From: an uncultured Gemmatimonadaceae bacterium | Lineage (GTDB): Bacteria; Gemmatimonadota; Gemmatimonadetes; Gemmatimonadales; Gemmatimonadaceae | NCBI GenBank assembly: GCA_963761305.1 | Contig: CAVXGK010000001.1 | Span: forward strand, 544,001-608,000 | Reading direction: 5' to 3' | DNA length: 64,000 nt | In this document: in pieces, positions 38,795-49,006 of the stretch | Layout: every line of letters starts with the position of its first letter | How positions within the stretch are numbered: position 1 is the first letter of the stretch | The notes under the pieces: generated by a model | What the model was told of the DNA's origin: nothing | Database searches by the model: none | What the model saw: only the letters and a program-made list of their open reading frames with translations | Program-made: the position numbers and the translations under genes

Positions 38795-39552
38795 ACGACG
38801 CGCCTGCACCGCGACGCGCGTCGCACATTGCCGAGCGAGTCGGCATCGACCGCCGGCGCTTTCTTCTCGCGACCGGCGGCGCGCTCGGCGCGGCGGTGCT
38901 GGCCGCCTGCGACTCGATGGGCCCCAAGTCGGCGACGGGACTGCTCAAGTTCGCCGAGCGAAAGAACGAATCACTCGAGCGCGTCCTGTTTCGCCACACG
39001 TCGATGGACGTGCCGTCGGCGAGCGCGAAGAATGCGGGATCGCATTTTCCGTCGTACTTCATCTCGAAGCAGGTGCCGGTGTGGGACGAATCGACGCGCG
39101 GCGTGTGGCGCCTTCAAGTCGGCGGCATGGTGAAGAATCCACTGAGTCTCTCGCTCGCCGACCTGGCCTCACTCCCGCGGACGGGCTACCGGCTCGACCA
39201 CTTCTGCGTCGAAGGCTGGACCGCCGTCGCGTTGCGCACCGGCGTGGCGCTCGCCGACCTCGCGCGGCTCGCCGGCGTGCAGCCGGGGGCGCAGTACGTC
39301 GACTTCCAGTCGTTCGACGACGACTATCACGAGAGCTGGGACATCGATAGCGCGATGCATCCGCAGACGCTCGTGGTGTACGCGCAGGACGGGCACTACC
39401 TGAACCCGTCGTGGGGCGCGCCGGCGCGGATCTACTCGCCGGTCAAGCTCGGGTACAAGAACACGAAGTACCTGACGCGCATCCTGTTCCTGCCGCGCCG
39501 AACGGGCGGCTATTGGAGCGACCAGGGCTACGAGTGGTACGGCGGCGTGTAG
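38791..39552 (+). CDS. Sulfite-oxidase-family molybdopterin oxidoreductase, Tat-exported
   Basis: DRRRFL Tat motif then LAAC; HFCVEGW Mo-Cys, HPQTL, GAPAR..P.KLGYKN.K, GGYWSDQGYEWYGG; ATGA overlap. Confidence 0.9.
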   Translation: MNDAPAPRRASHIAERVGIDRRRFLLATGGALGAAVLAACDSMGPKSATGLLKFAERKNESLERVLFRHTSMDVPSASAKNAGSHFPSYFISKQVPVWDESTRGVWRLQVGGMVKNPLSLSLADLASLPRTGYRLDHFCVEGWTAVALRTGVALADLARLAGVQPGAQYVDFQSFDDDYHESWDIDSAMHPQTLVVYAQDGHYLNPSWGAPARIYSPVKLGYKNTKYLTRILFLPRRTGGYWSDQGYEWYGGV

Positions 39553-39565
39553 GGACGGCCGCCGT

Positions 39566-40108
39566 CTACTGCTTGGTGAGCTTGTAGAGGTAGGTGATCT
39601 GCGGCGGCGACACGCCGGGTTCGATGAACGTAAGTTGGCCGCTCGCCCACGTGGCCTGGTCCTTCGTGCTGTCTGCGCTGTTCGTGAACTGGATCGTCGT
39701 GCTGCCCGAGGGCATGACCCATGTTCCACCCGTGCTGTCGCTGTACGTGTCGAGCACGCCCGGCAGTGTCTCGCGGTAATTGGTGATGATCGAATATTGC
39801 CCGGCGGTCGTGAGAGTGATCGTTCCCGACATGACCTCGAGCTTGAAGCCGCCCGTGTCGGAGAAGATCGCGGCGGGCAACGACGAGCCGTTGATCGTCG
39901 TGATCGCGTACGAACCGTCGGGCGTCTTCTGCGGGCCGGTCCCGTTCCCGGGGCCGGTCGTCGACGGCGAGTCGCTGCCGCAGGCGACGATCAGGATCGA
40001 CGCCGCGACCGCGCAGAAAACCGACACCGCGCGGCCTCGGCCGAGCGATGCCTTTCTTGCACGGTTTCTTGAACCATGATCGGAGCGTCCTGCTGACATA
40101 TGGCCCAT
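39566..40108 (-). CDS. Hypothetical lipoprotein
   Basis: Lipobox LIVAC then S/T/G/P linker and a beta-rich domain; start uncertain. Confidence 0.6.
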   Translation of the reverse strand: MGHMSAGRSDHGSRNRARKASLGRGRAVSVFCAVAASILIVACGSDSPSTTGPGNGTGPQKTPDGSYAITTINGSSLPAAIFSDTGGFKLEVMSGTITLTTAGQYSIITNYRETLPGVLDTYSDSTGGTWVMPSGSTTIQFTNSADSTKDQATWASGQLTFIEPGVSPPQITYLYKLTKQ

Positions 40109-40516
40109 AACGTTTCCTCGTTCCCTCGCGTCTACCGATTCGTGCGTCGCCATCGTCGTTTCGCCGCCGCGGCGGCCCCCGTTCGTTTCGCGCTGAGCGC
40201 GCTCGTCATCGCGTGCGCGACTTCACCGGATTCGAAGAGCTCCACCAATCAGACGTTCGACATCTTCACCGTTGGCGACGCCTTCAGTCCTGTCTTCGCA
40301 ACCGTGACGGCCGGCGACACCGTTCGATGGACCTTCACCGGCGGGTCGGACGGCCAAGGCCACAACGTTCGCTTCACTCCCGTGATCGCCGGATCACCGA
40401 CGGACATCAACGTTCTCAAAACCGGCACCGCGAGCCGCGTCTTTCCAACCCGCGGAACGTTCGACTACGTGTGCGACGTGCACCCCGGCATGGACGGCAG
40501 CATCACCGTGCAGTGA
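40100..40516 (+). CDS. Plastocyanin/azurin-family type-1 copper lipoprotein
   Basis: GDTVRW, GHNV, YVCDVHPGM copper ligands; lipobox LVIAC; start uncertain. Confidence 0.85.
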   Translation: MAHNVSSFPRVYRFVRRHRRFAAAAAPVRFALSALVIACATSPDSKSSTNQTFDIFTVGDAFSPVFATVTAGDTVRWTFTGGSDGQGHNVRFTPVIAGSPTDINVLKTGTASRVFPTRGTFDYVCDVHPGMDGSITVQ

Positions 40517-40546
40517 GCGCCACCGTCGTCGGGCGGGGGAACGAGC

Positions 40547-41860
40547 CTAGCGCGTGACGCCGAGCGGCGTCGGGGTCCACGACGGGAAGACGAAATCCAG
40601 GTTCGAGTTGCCCAGCCGCTTTTGCACGATCTCGGAGAGGATGTCGCGGTAGTCCACCGTCACCTGCAGATCCTGTCCGTCGGCCAGCTTCGCCGTGGCG
40701 AGCGTGGGCCAGTTCTTCGTCAACACGCGCCCGCCGGCGATGCCCTTGCCCATGGCGAACATCGTCGTGCCGCGGCCGTGATCCGTGCCGGCGCTGCCGT
40801 TCTCGCGCACGTTACGTCCGAATTCCGAGACGACGACGACGGTCACCGGGAATCCGGTCGCGATAACGTCGGCGTAGAACGCACCGAGCGAATTGGAGAA
40901 GTCGGCCATCGTCTTGGCCATCGAACCGGCGATCGGGTCCTGCGCGGAGTGAGTATCCCAGCCGCCGATGTCGATCTGTGCCGCTTCGATGCCGACGTTC
41001 GCCTTGATCAGCACGGCGGCTGAGCGAAGCGCTCTCCCGAACGAGCTGCCATTCGGGTAGACGGCGCCGTTGGCCGGCGTGTATCCGTTGAAGTTCACCG
41101 ATTTGAGCAGACCGATCGTGTTCGTGGCGTTGAGCGCCGACGGGCCGACCGGGTCGGGGACGCCGCTATAGTCGCCCTGCAGGAAGGCGACGCGCGCCGC
41201 CTGCGTGGCGCTTGATCCGCCGATCGAATAGTTCGTCGGGTCGGCGATGGGCAGCGTCAACGGGCCGCCGACGAGCGTCTGCTGCAGCCCGTTCGAGACG
41301 CCGATGGCGCGCAGCGGCGCCGTCGGATTGAGCGGCGGAATGCTGGCGAGATGGCGCCCGAGCCAACCCGTGATGATCGTCGGGTCGACCGGCTTGCCAA
41401 CTTCCATGTAGCGCTGGGCGTCGAAGTGCGAGCGAGACACGTTGAGCTGCCCGGTCGCGTGCACGACCAGGAGATCCTGGCCCTGAAACGCGGGCATGAG
41501 GCCGCCGGTTCCGGCCACCGTTCCCCCGGCCATCGCCTGCGGGAACATGAAGAAGCCGTCGAGATTCACGCCGCGCGTGGACGCGGTGGCATCCGGGCGC
41601 GGAATGCCGATCGTCGGACGCGCCGTGTAGTAGTTCGGGTCGGCGAACGGCACCGCGATACTCAGCCCGTCGGCGCCGCCGCGCTGGAAGATCGAGATGA
41701 TGATGTCGCGGCTGGACGAGAAGTCCTTCGCCATGACGATCTTCGGAAGCCACGCCGGGAACAACGCCGCCGCCGACACACCGGCGCCGGCCGCGATGAA
41801 CTGGCGGCGGGACAGCTCGTTGTATTCCTGGCAGCCGCAGTCGATGTCGTGTTCGGTCAT
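40547..41860 (-). CDS. DUF1501 family protein (Tat signal)
   Basis: LSRRQF, QRGGADGL, RSHFDAQ, GGWDTH, SEFGR, GTDHG. Confidence 0.9.
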   Translation of the reverse strand: MTEHDIDCGCQEYNELSRRQFIAAGAGVSAAALFPAWLPKIVMAKDFSSSRDIIISIFQRGGADGLSIAVPFADPNYYTARPTIGIPRPDATASTRGVNLDGFFMFPQAMAGGTVAGTGGLMPAFQGQDLLVVHATGQLNVSRSHFDAQRYMEVGKPVDPTIITGWLGRHLASIPPLNPTAPLRAIGVSNGLQQTLVGGPLTLPIADPTNYSIGGSSATQAARVAFLQGDYSGVPDPVGPSALNATNTIGLLKSVNFNGYTPANGAVYPNGSSFGRALRSAAVLIKANVGIEAAQIDIGGWDTHSAQDPIAGSMAKTMADFSNSLGAFYADVIATGFPVTVVVVSEFGRNVRENGSAGTDHGRGTTMFAMGKGIAGGRVLTKNWPTLATAKLADGQDLQVTVDYRDILSEIVQKRLGNSNLDFVFPSWTPTPLGVTR

Positions 41861-41873
41861 CGTGTGCTCCGGG

Positions 41874-43481
41874 TCAATACCACTGGAAGGCGTTGGCGCT
41901 CAGCGCGAGCTCGATCGTCTCGCGCATCCGAGCATCGTTGAACGTGCCGCCCTTGAGATAGCTCGTGAGCCCCGTCACAGTCGTCGACGGCATCTCGCCG
42001 CCGAAGAAGTTGGTGTTGATCAACTCGATCGCGGCATCGGCCGAGCCGGCGAGGTACGGCGTCGTGTCGAACTTGACGCTCGACGTGGAGGTCTGGGTGG
42101 CCAGCGAAACGCCGTATGTCCACCGCGGGACGATGTTGCCGGCCCAGTACTCGATCTTGTCGGGGTATCCGTCCGGCGTCTCCCACTGGAACAGCGGCTG
42201 GCCGAGGTTGCTGAGCTGGCTGTTGAAGAAGCTCGTCGTGGTCACCGTCGGATTCGCCGCGCGAATCGACGACACGAGATAGTGGAAGGGCCGCTTGTAC
42301 TTCATATCGGCGGTCGGCAGCCACACGTCGTTGAGGATCGCGCGCACCACCGCCTTGATGTCGCCGCCCGTCGCGCGGAAGACAGACGAGATCGCGGCGA
42401 TCTGCGCGTCCGTCGGCGTTTCGCTGATGAACCACTTGAGCAGCTTCGTCGAGATGAACGTCGCCGTGCTGGGGTGCGCGGCGAGGAAGTTCATCATCGT
42501 CTCGCCTTCCTTGATGCCGGCCTGCCCAAGCGAGGGCGAGCCGGCGGGAATCGTCACGCCGAGCACCGTCTTCTGGCCCCAATCGTGAATCGCCGGATTG
42601 AAGACGAAGTCTCCCTTCCCCGTCGTCGTCCAACCGGTGAGCACGCGAGACAGTTCGGCGACGTCGGTCTGCGTGTACGGTCCGTTCACGCTCAGCGTGT
42701 GGAGCTCCATCACCTCGCGCGCGTAGTTCTGGTTCGGCGCGCGGTTGTTGCTCGTGTTCTGGTCCAGGTACGTGCACATTGACGCGCTGTGCGCGCTCGC
42801 CTGAAGCAGATCCACGAACTTGCCCAGCGCATGGGTGCGAATCACGTCGCGCTGGTCGGCGACGAGCAGGTAACCGACCTTGTCGATCGCCTGATTGAAA
42901 TGGTCGGACCAGAACTCGACCATGCGCTGATAGAGCTGCCGCTGCGAGAACGCGGCGCGGTAGATCGTCGACTCGATGAGCTGATTCTGCACCGTGCCGG
43001 CGTCCGCGCTGAACAGGACGTCGGACGTCTGATTCGTCAGCGGATACCGCGTGGCGACGGCGGCTTCGAGCGCGCTGTCGTCGATGCGCTGATAGTTGAG
43101 CTGATAGTTCAGATAGCCCTGCCAGCCCATCGCGTTCGCGCGCTGCACTTCACCCGGCGTGATGCCGAGCGTGACGCGACGCACGAGGCGCGAAGTCGGG
43201 CTATCCCATTCGGTGAACGCGGAGAAGCTTTCCCGAGGAAGCACCTCGGCGAAGCCGTTCGACGGCCGCGTGTCGACGGGCCGCTTGGCCGGCTGGCGCG
43301 CTTGCGCTTTCGCGCGTTTGGGCAGGAGCGCCGCCGCGGCCAGCGCGCCGAAGAACACGAACGACCGCCGCGAGCGCGGCTCGCTGGTCGGTTCGGTGTC
43401 TTCCTGTGCAGCTTCCGTCAGCTGTGGGTCCGGAGCTTCCAGTTCAGGGGCCACGGACGTATCCGGGATCATCGTTCGCAT
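41874..43481 (-). CDS. DUF1800 family protein
   Basis: QLYQRMVEFWSDHFN, PNQNYAREVMELHTL, YTQTDV, HPSTATFI; paired with DUF1501. Confidence 0.9.
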   Translation of the reverse strand: MRTMIPDTSVAPELEAPDPQLTEAAQEDTEPTSEPRSRRSFVFFGALAAAALLPKRAKAQARQPAKRPVDTRPSNGFAEVLPRESFSAFTEWDSPTSRLVRRVTLGITPGEVQRANAMGWQGYLNYQLNYQRIDDSALEAAVATRYPLTNQTSDVLFSADAGTVQNQLIESTIYRAAFSQRQLYQRMVEFWSDHFNQAIDKVGYLLVADQRDVIRTHALGKFVDLLQASAHSASMCTYLDQNTSNNRAPNQNYAREVMELHTLSVNGPYTQTDVAELSRVLTGWTTTGKGDFVFNPAIHDWGQKTVLGVTIPAGSPSLGQAGIKEGETMMNFLAAHPSTATFISTKLLKWFISETPTDAQIAAISSVFRATGGDIKAVVRAILNDVWLPTADMKYKRPFHYLVSSIRAANPTVTTTSFFNSQLSNLGQPLFQWETPDGYPDKIEYWAGNIVPRWTYGVSLATQTSTSSVKFDTTPYLAGSADAAIELINTNFFGGEMPSTTVTGLTSYLKGGTFNDARMRETIELALSANAFQWY

Positions 43482-43792
43482 GCGGAGACCCTCGTCAGCG
43501 AGATCCGAATCAGGGTACGACGAGTACTTGCACCGCTACAGGGGACAGCGCGGAGACGACAACCCGGCCTCGTTCCGCGACGACACGCGACATCCTTCGT
43601 TGAGACGAAGTGCGTGAAGCTTTGTTAAGGAAGATCGACGCGCGCGCTCTCCGATCCTTCCTCGGGGAAGACGATCGTAAAACGCCCGCGTCCCATCCGC
43701 AGAGCCGAGGCCGCCAGACACAAAACTGTTGCGCCTGTTGCATTGCGTTCCATTACCGGCGAACGGCGTCCGGCGTCTGTGGTACTCGCAGC

Positions 43793-44167
43793 CTACGCGG
43801 TTCGGCGAATCTCCAAGCGACCCTTCGGCGACGCGCCGTCGTGAATACAACACTCTCGGACGGATTCGCCTGTGACGCCGGCCACAAGTTCGCCGATCGC
43901 GTGACACACCGACGGATCTGCGCGGACCGCGTCGGAGAGCGGACACGCGTGGCCCTGCAGCGTGAAACCGTCGCCGTCTCGCGCCACGTCCAACTCGGCG
44001 CCGAGACTCGCGAGCAACGCGGCCGCACCGCGCACGCGCGTCTCGAATCCGCGCGCGCCGCTCGCGCCATGGTTGGCCGCCAGGCGTCAGCCGGTGTCGC
44101 GGTATAGCGCATCGAGCTCGCGGCGCGACAGCTGGTAGTTGAGCGTCGAGACGAGCGCTGTCAGCAG
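43793..44167 (-). pseudogene. Remnant of an ArsR-like/COG2345 HTH regulator (C-terminal Cys domain), in-frame TGA, no N-terminal HTH
   Basis: LLTALVSTL..ELDALYRDTG*RLAA..RVRGAAALLASLG..GHACPL..HAIGELV..VRECC; TGA at 44087-44089. Confidence 0.65.
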
Positions 44168-44309
44168 ACGCCGTAATCGGCCCGACGCGACGAAGGGTCA
44201 CGCCTCGGCCGCGCCGCCGAGTCCGGATCAACGGACTCGGCGGCGCGGTCTCTTGTGTGAACCAAACCCGAGCCGTATTCTAGGTTCGGCTTTTATTCGG
44301 GTACTGGCG

Positions 44310-44744
44310 TTGAAGAAAGTTTGGCTGGCGACGGACGGACGACCGCACGATTCGGTGCTCGCGATCTTCTCCACCAAGGAGGGCGCGCAGCGCTACTGCG
44401 CCACGCTGGTCGAGCGCTATGCGCTCGGCGAGAGTCTGTCGCTCATGGGACGGCGCCTTGCCGACTCGGCCGACGCGTGGCGGCTCGGACTTGGACCATC
44501 GGTGGCGGAAGCGTCGCTCGACGAGCGAATCGAGTTCCTGCGCGGCGCGTGGGTGGTGAAGGTGGACGAAAGCTGCCGCATGATCGCCTGCGAGTTCAGC
44601 ACGCAACTCAAGCCGACGCAATCGCCGGCGACGTATCGCGTCGGCATTCACCGCGTGTGCCAGGCGCACGGCATGACGCCGCACGCCGCGCTCGACGCCG
44701 CGCGCAAGGCGATGGTCGCGCATCTCGGCCGCACACGCACCTGA
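44310..44744 (+). CDS. Hypothetical protein
   Basis: 3' part of ORF 44139..44744 with GC-rich third positions; no family recognised. Confidence 0.4.
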   Translation: MKKVWLATDGRPHDSVLAIFSTKEGAQRYCATLVERYALGESLSLMGRRLADSADAWRLGLGPSVAEASLDERIEFLRGAWVVKVDESCRMIACEFSTQLKPTQSPATYRVGIHRVCQAHGMTPHAALDAARKAMVAHLGRTRT

Positions 44745-44929
44745 TCGATCGTCGGTGGCGCAGGCCGCGACGTGACTCGACGCACAGTTCAGCCGCATCC
44801 ATTTGACGCACTCATGGCCGCGCGCAGCGTCGCGAATGTGATCCAGGCTGCTGCGCCGTTCGCCCCTGGACGCCGACGTTGCACGGCAGCGGTCCGAGCA
44901 GTCCCCACCATGGACCTACTCACCCTCCA

Positions 44930-47188
44930 ATGACGAATCCTTTTCGGATCGCGGGTCGACTGCGCTCGATGCCGCTGGTCGTGCTCGCCGTCCTGATCTC
45001 GCGGGCAGCGAGTGCGCAGACAGGTACCGGCATCATCATCGTGCGCGTCACGACGGACAGCATTCCTGTCCCCGGAGCAGCGATCGTAACCGGGGCCGCC
45101 AATGGTGTGACCGATCAATCCGGTCTGGCGGCGTTCAAGGTTCCGATCGGCCGGCATACGTTCCGCGTGACGCCGACCGGATTTCGTCCGGAGAGCCTGG
45201 CGGTGTTCGTCGGAGTGGGGACGACGAAGGTGACTGTCCCCGTGCACCGTGCAGCCGCCGTCAAGGCGGCCGCTCCGCCTGCCGCCGCTGCAGCCCCTGC
45301 CGCCCCTGCCGCCCCTGCCGCCCCTGTCGCTGTCGCCGCCAAGCGGGACGAGCACACGACGTCCGACGTCCCGACGCACATCGAGGTCGCCGACCACGAT
45401 GCGGTCGAAGAGCAACTCGATCGCGCGCCCGGCAACATCGCCGATCTGATCGGCGGATTGGACGGCGTGCGCGTGCAGCCGTTGTCGGCCGGCTCTGGTG
45501 GAGTCGGCATTCGGATTCGCGGCATGCCCGCGCGCTACACCAAGATTCTCTACGACGGCCTGCCGCTGTTGGGCGCCACGCCCGAGGGCCAGGATCCGCT
45601 CCAGCTGTCGGCGCTCGACGTCCAGCGCGTCGAGGTCATCCCCGGCGTCACTTCGGCGCTCTACGGACCGACATCGCTCAGCGGCAGCGTCAACGTGGTG
45701 TCCGCGCCGCCGACGTCTCCGTCGCAAGTGGTCGTCAACGGCACGTCGGGCGAAGCGTCGGACGTGAGCGTCTTTCAAACCGCCACATTCTCGCCGCAAT
45801 TGTCCGCGTCGCTCCTGGCCGGGCGGCACTATCAGAACCCGGGTGATCCGGACGGCGACGGATGGGCCGAGATCGACGGCTACAAGCGAGTCGTCGTTCG
45901 GCCGCGCGTCTACTGGTTGCGGTCGCCGACGAGCTCCTGGTTCATGACCGGCGGCTGGACGTCCGAGAACCGGCGGAGCGGAACGTTCGCCGACGAACGA
46001 CTGCCGGACTTCAATCGATACAGTGATGACGCGGACACGCGTCGCGCGGACGCCGGCACGGTCGGGCGGATTCAGCTCGACACGAACACGCTGGTAACCG
46101 TTCGCGCCTCGATCACGCGAGAGTGGCGGACGCGCTGGTACGGAGACGACCGCGAGCGCGATCGGCGTAACGAGGTCTTCGGCGACGTTTCCATGACGAA
46201 GACGCTCGACGACAATGTCTTGACCGGCGGCGTCGCGATCGACCGAGACCAGTACGCGGCGCTCGACACGCGCGTGGATGGATACCGCTACACGACGCCC
46301 GCGTTGTACGCCGAGCACACATGGACGCCCGATCCGCGGTTCGCGATCACGTCGAGCGCGCGTCTCGATCTACAGAGTGAATTCGGTGACTTCGTCAGCC
46401 CGCGCGTATCGGTCGTCGTGCGTCCGACCGAGGCATGGCAGCTGCGGCTCTCGAGGGCGAACGGCGTGTACGCGCCGACGCCCATCACCGACGAGACCGA
46501 GGCGTTCGGGCTCTCGCACCTCGATCGAACGAATTTCCAGGCGGAGCACGCGCTCGGCTGGTCGTTCGACGTCGATCACACGAACGGTGCGCTCGATCTC
46601 GGCGGTTCCGCGTATCGGACCGTGGTCAACCATCCGCTGATCGTGCGCATACCGCCCGGCTCCGCGGAGGGCTTCCAGCTCGTGAACTCCGACCAGCCCA
46701 CGCGCACAGAAGGCATCGATGTGTATGCGCGATACCGCCTGCAGCCGTTTCGGTTCACGGCCGCGTACTCGTACATCGATGCGAACCGGCCGGAGATCGC
46801 GGGAATTTTTGGAGACGACTTCGAGGTCGACACGACGCTGACGCGCACGGTGCCGTACAACCCGCGGCACGCGGTCAACCTCGACGCGACGTATGAGCGC
46901 GAACATGACCGGGTCGTCGGAATCGCGGTGCACTTTGTCGGCCGCCAGGTGCTCGCCGACTCGTCGTTCGGGGTCAGCCAGCCGTACGTGACGATCGACG
47001 CGCGCGTCGAAAAGAACGTGCGCAGAGCGATCATCTTCGCGACCGTCAAGGATTTGACGGGCGTGTATCAGTTGCAGTTCGGTCCCGTGCTGCGGAGCGC
47101 GTCGGGCGCCGCGGGACAGTGGGCCGACAACGCGTGGGCCCCGCTCGAGGGGCGCGTGATCAACGCCGGCATTCGAGTGTCGTACTGA
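44930..47188 (+). CDS. TonB-dependent receptor with N-terminal carboxypeptidase-regulatory-like domain
   Basis: Signal peptide; plug motifs IRIRGM..RYTKILYDGLP, VEVIPG..SALYG; barrel ending GRVINAGIRVSY. Confidence 0.85.
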   Translation: MTNPFRIAGRLRSMPLVVLAVLISRAASAQTGTGIIIVRVTTDSIPVPGAAIVTGAANGVTDQSGLAAFKVPIGRHTFRVTPTGFRPESLAVFVGVGTTKVTVPVHRAAAVKAAAPPAAAAAPAAPAAPAAPVAVAAKRDEHTTSDVPTHIEVADHDAVEEQLDRAPGNIADLIGGLDGVRVQPLSAGSGGVGIRIRGMPARYTKILYDGLPLLGATPEGQDPLQLSALDVQRVEVIPGVTSALYGPTSLSGSVNVVSAPPTSPSQVVVNGTSGEASDVSVFQTATFSPQLSASLLAGRHYQNPGDPDGDGWAEIDGYKRVVVRPRVYWLRSPTSSWFMTGGWTSENRRSGTFADERLPDFNRYSDDADTRRADAGTVGRIQLDTNTLVTVRASITREWRTRWYGDDRERDRRNEVFGDVSMTKTLDDNVLTGGVAIDRDQYAALDTRVDGYRYTTPALYAEHTWTPDPRFAITSSARLDLQSEFGDFVSPRVSVVVRPTEAWQLRLSRANGVYAPTPITDETEAFGLSHLDRTNFQAEHALGWSFDVDHTNGALDLGGSAYRTVVNHPLIVRIPPGSAEGFQLVNSDQPTRTEGIDVYARYRLQPFRFTAAYSYIDANRPEIAGIFGDDFEVDTTLTRTVPYNPRHAVNLDATYEREHDRVVGIAVHFVGRQVLADSSFGVSQPYVTIDARVEKNVRRAIIFATVKDLTGVYQLQFGPVLRSASGAAGQWADNAWAPLEGRVINAGIRVSY
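45282..45330 (+). repeat. 9-bp in-frame tandem repeat (GCCCCTGCC) encoding an Ala/Pro linker
   Basis: GCAGCCCCTGCCGCCCCTGCCGCCCCTGCCGCCCCTGTC, translated AAPAAPAAPAAPV. Confidence 0.7.
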
Positions 47189-47202
47189 CGCGACGCCGCG
47201 CG

Positions 47203-48966
47203 TCAGGGCGGGAGGACGCGCGGCTGGATTCTCCGTTCCCACGGCGTGGCGCTCGACGGCACCACATTCTGCTGCGGCTGCGTGGGCACGACGTACGGAT
47301 CGGCGGCGAGCGGGTTTACCGTGTAGCCGAGATCGGCGAGACTGCCGACGGTGATCGCGCTGAACGGCATTCCACCGAAGTTCACGAAGCCGGTCATCAG
47401 CTCCGATCCGAAGGTCGATTCTCGCCAGTGCGAGTCGGCGGTGCCCGGGACCCCGTCGTTTTCGACGGGCACCGTGTTCGCGCAAACGGCCGCACCGCCG
47501 TCGCCGACGCAACCGGTCCGCGCCTGAACGCCGCCGAACGCCGAGTTCAGCGTGCCGCCGGCCAGCAATAGGCCTTTCAGATCCCAGATCGTGCCGAATC
47601 CCACGCTGTGCAGCATCTCGTGGGTGATCACGTCCTGGAGAATTCCCTTCGCGTCTATGCTCGCCAGGTCGTCGGAGTCGAAGAGCATGACGGCGACCGA
47701 CGGAAAGAATCCTCCGCCGTTGCGCAGCATGCATGGACCGGATTCGGCGAGGATGCCGCTGGGCCCGTCGATCGATTGCACGGACGCGTAAATGACGATG
47801 CTGTGAATCGTCTCGTCGAGCGTGGGCAATCCGCTGACGCCGCACGCGGCCGACACGGGCAGCCCACTATAGCTGACGTCGGGAATCGACCCGACGATGA
47901 CCGCGCTGATCCGAGCCGCGGCGTTGGTGAACAACGCTTTTTGCGCGTCGGTCATGTCCGGACCGAAGAAGCGAACGTCGATGTGGAAGTCGGTCTGCAC
48001 GACCGCGGTGACGTCTGCGCTCAGCGTCGCCGACGTCGCGTGGACGACCTGCGGCAGCGCGGTGCGGCCGAGCGTCCAGCCGGAGAGGACGACGATTCCG
48101 GTCGCGTCGCTCACCGCAGTCGTCGTGGCCAGCGATCCGCCGCCGCCGGTCACCCAGAGTGAAATCGACTGCATGCCGACGGAGTTTCCAAACTTGTCCG
48201 ACAGCCGCAAGCGCACCGGCGGCAGCATGGCCCCCGCGAGCGCCGATGCCGTCGTCGTGTCAGCGGGTGTGAGACGCGCCGGATCGCCGGGCAGCACGTT
48301 GGCGATGAACGAGAGCGACGCGGCGCCGGAACGAAGCGTGAGCGCGCTCTGGCCGGCGACCGTGCCGAGGGTCCATCCCGTGATCGTGACCGCGCCCGTG
48401 CTGTCGGCCGTCGCGGTCGCGGGTGCGGAGCCCGCCGTAGTTGTGAGTGCGATCGCCGCACCGGCGAGCGGATTGTCGAACGCGTCGGTCACGCGCGCGC
48501 TGACCGGAGTCGCCACCACCTCGGCGACACGTCCGCTCACAGTGATCGGTGTGATCGGCAGAAAATGCGCCGCCGCGCCGGCGAGGCCGGTTGCCGAAAT
48601 CGTGAGCGGCGCGACGCCGGACACGGATACGGTGATCGTGTTGGCACCGGCGTGCGGCCCGAGGGTCCATTCACCGATGGTCGTCGACGGGCTCGAGGTT
48701 CGTCCCGGCGTGTTGGCGAGCTTTCCTCCGCCCAACCCGATGCTGACCGTGAACTTGACGTCGGGAATCGCCGCGCCGTTTGCGTCGAACACCACGAACT
48801 GCGGCGCCGCGGCGAGCGTCGTGCCCGCGGGGGCGGCTTGGGCATCGCCCGAAACGAGACGGATTCCGGCCGGCTTGACCGCGGGACCGGTGGAGTCGTG
48901 ACACGCGGCGGACCACGCGGCGAGCAGCGCGACGGCGACGGCGCGCGACCTACGAACGAACTTCAC
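47203..48966 (-). CDS. Lipoprotein with Ig-like repeats and C-terminal leishmanolysin (M8)-like zinc metalloprotease
   Basis: Lipobox SAAC; three WTLG-ending repeats; HEMLHSVGFG, SHWRES, SELMTG. Confidence 0.82.
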   Translation of the reverse strand: MKFVRRSRAVAVALLAAWSAACHDSTGPAVKPAGIRLVSGDAQAAPAGTTLAAAPQFVVFDANGAAIPDVKFTVSIGLGGGKLANTPGRTSSPSTTIGEWTLGPHAGANTITVSVSGVAPLTISATGLAGAAAHFLPITPITVSGRVAEVVATPVSARVTDAFDNPLAGAAIALTTTAGSAPATATADSTGAVTITGWTLGTVAGQSALTLRSGAASLSFIANVLPGDPARLTPADTTTASALAGAMLPPVRLRLSDKFGNSVGMQSISLWVTGGGGSLATTTAVSDATGIVVLSGWTLGRTALPQVVHATSATLSADVTAVVQTDFHIDVRFFGPDMTDAQKALFTNAAARISAVIVGSIPDVSYSGLPVSAACGVSGLPTLDETIHSIVIYASVQSIDGPSGILAESGPCMLRNGGGFFPSVAVMLFDSDDLASIDAKGILQDVITHEMLHSVGFGTIWDLKGLLLAGGTLNSAFGGVQARTGCVGDGGAAVCANTVPVENDGVPGTADSHWRESTFGSELMTGFVNFGGMPFSAITVGSLADLGYTVNPLAADPYVVPTQPQQNVVPSSATPWERRIQPRVLPP

Positions 48967-49006
48967 GCAAAGACCTCGAGAGACGACTGGAGTGGCGACG
49001 CTGGAT

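Noticed and set aside
44087..44089. Selenocysteine at the in-frame TGA
   Set aside because: Context suggests Arg (GRRLA) rather than Cys, no SECIS-like hairpin was recognised, and the gene lacks its 5' end
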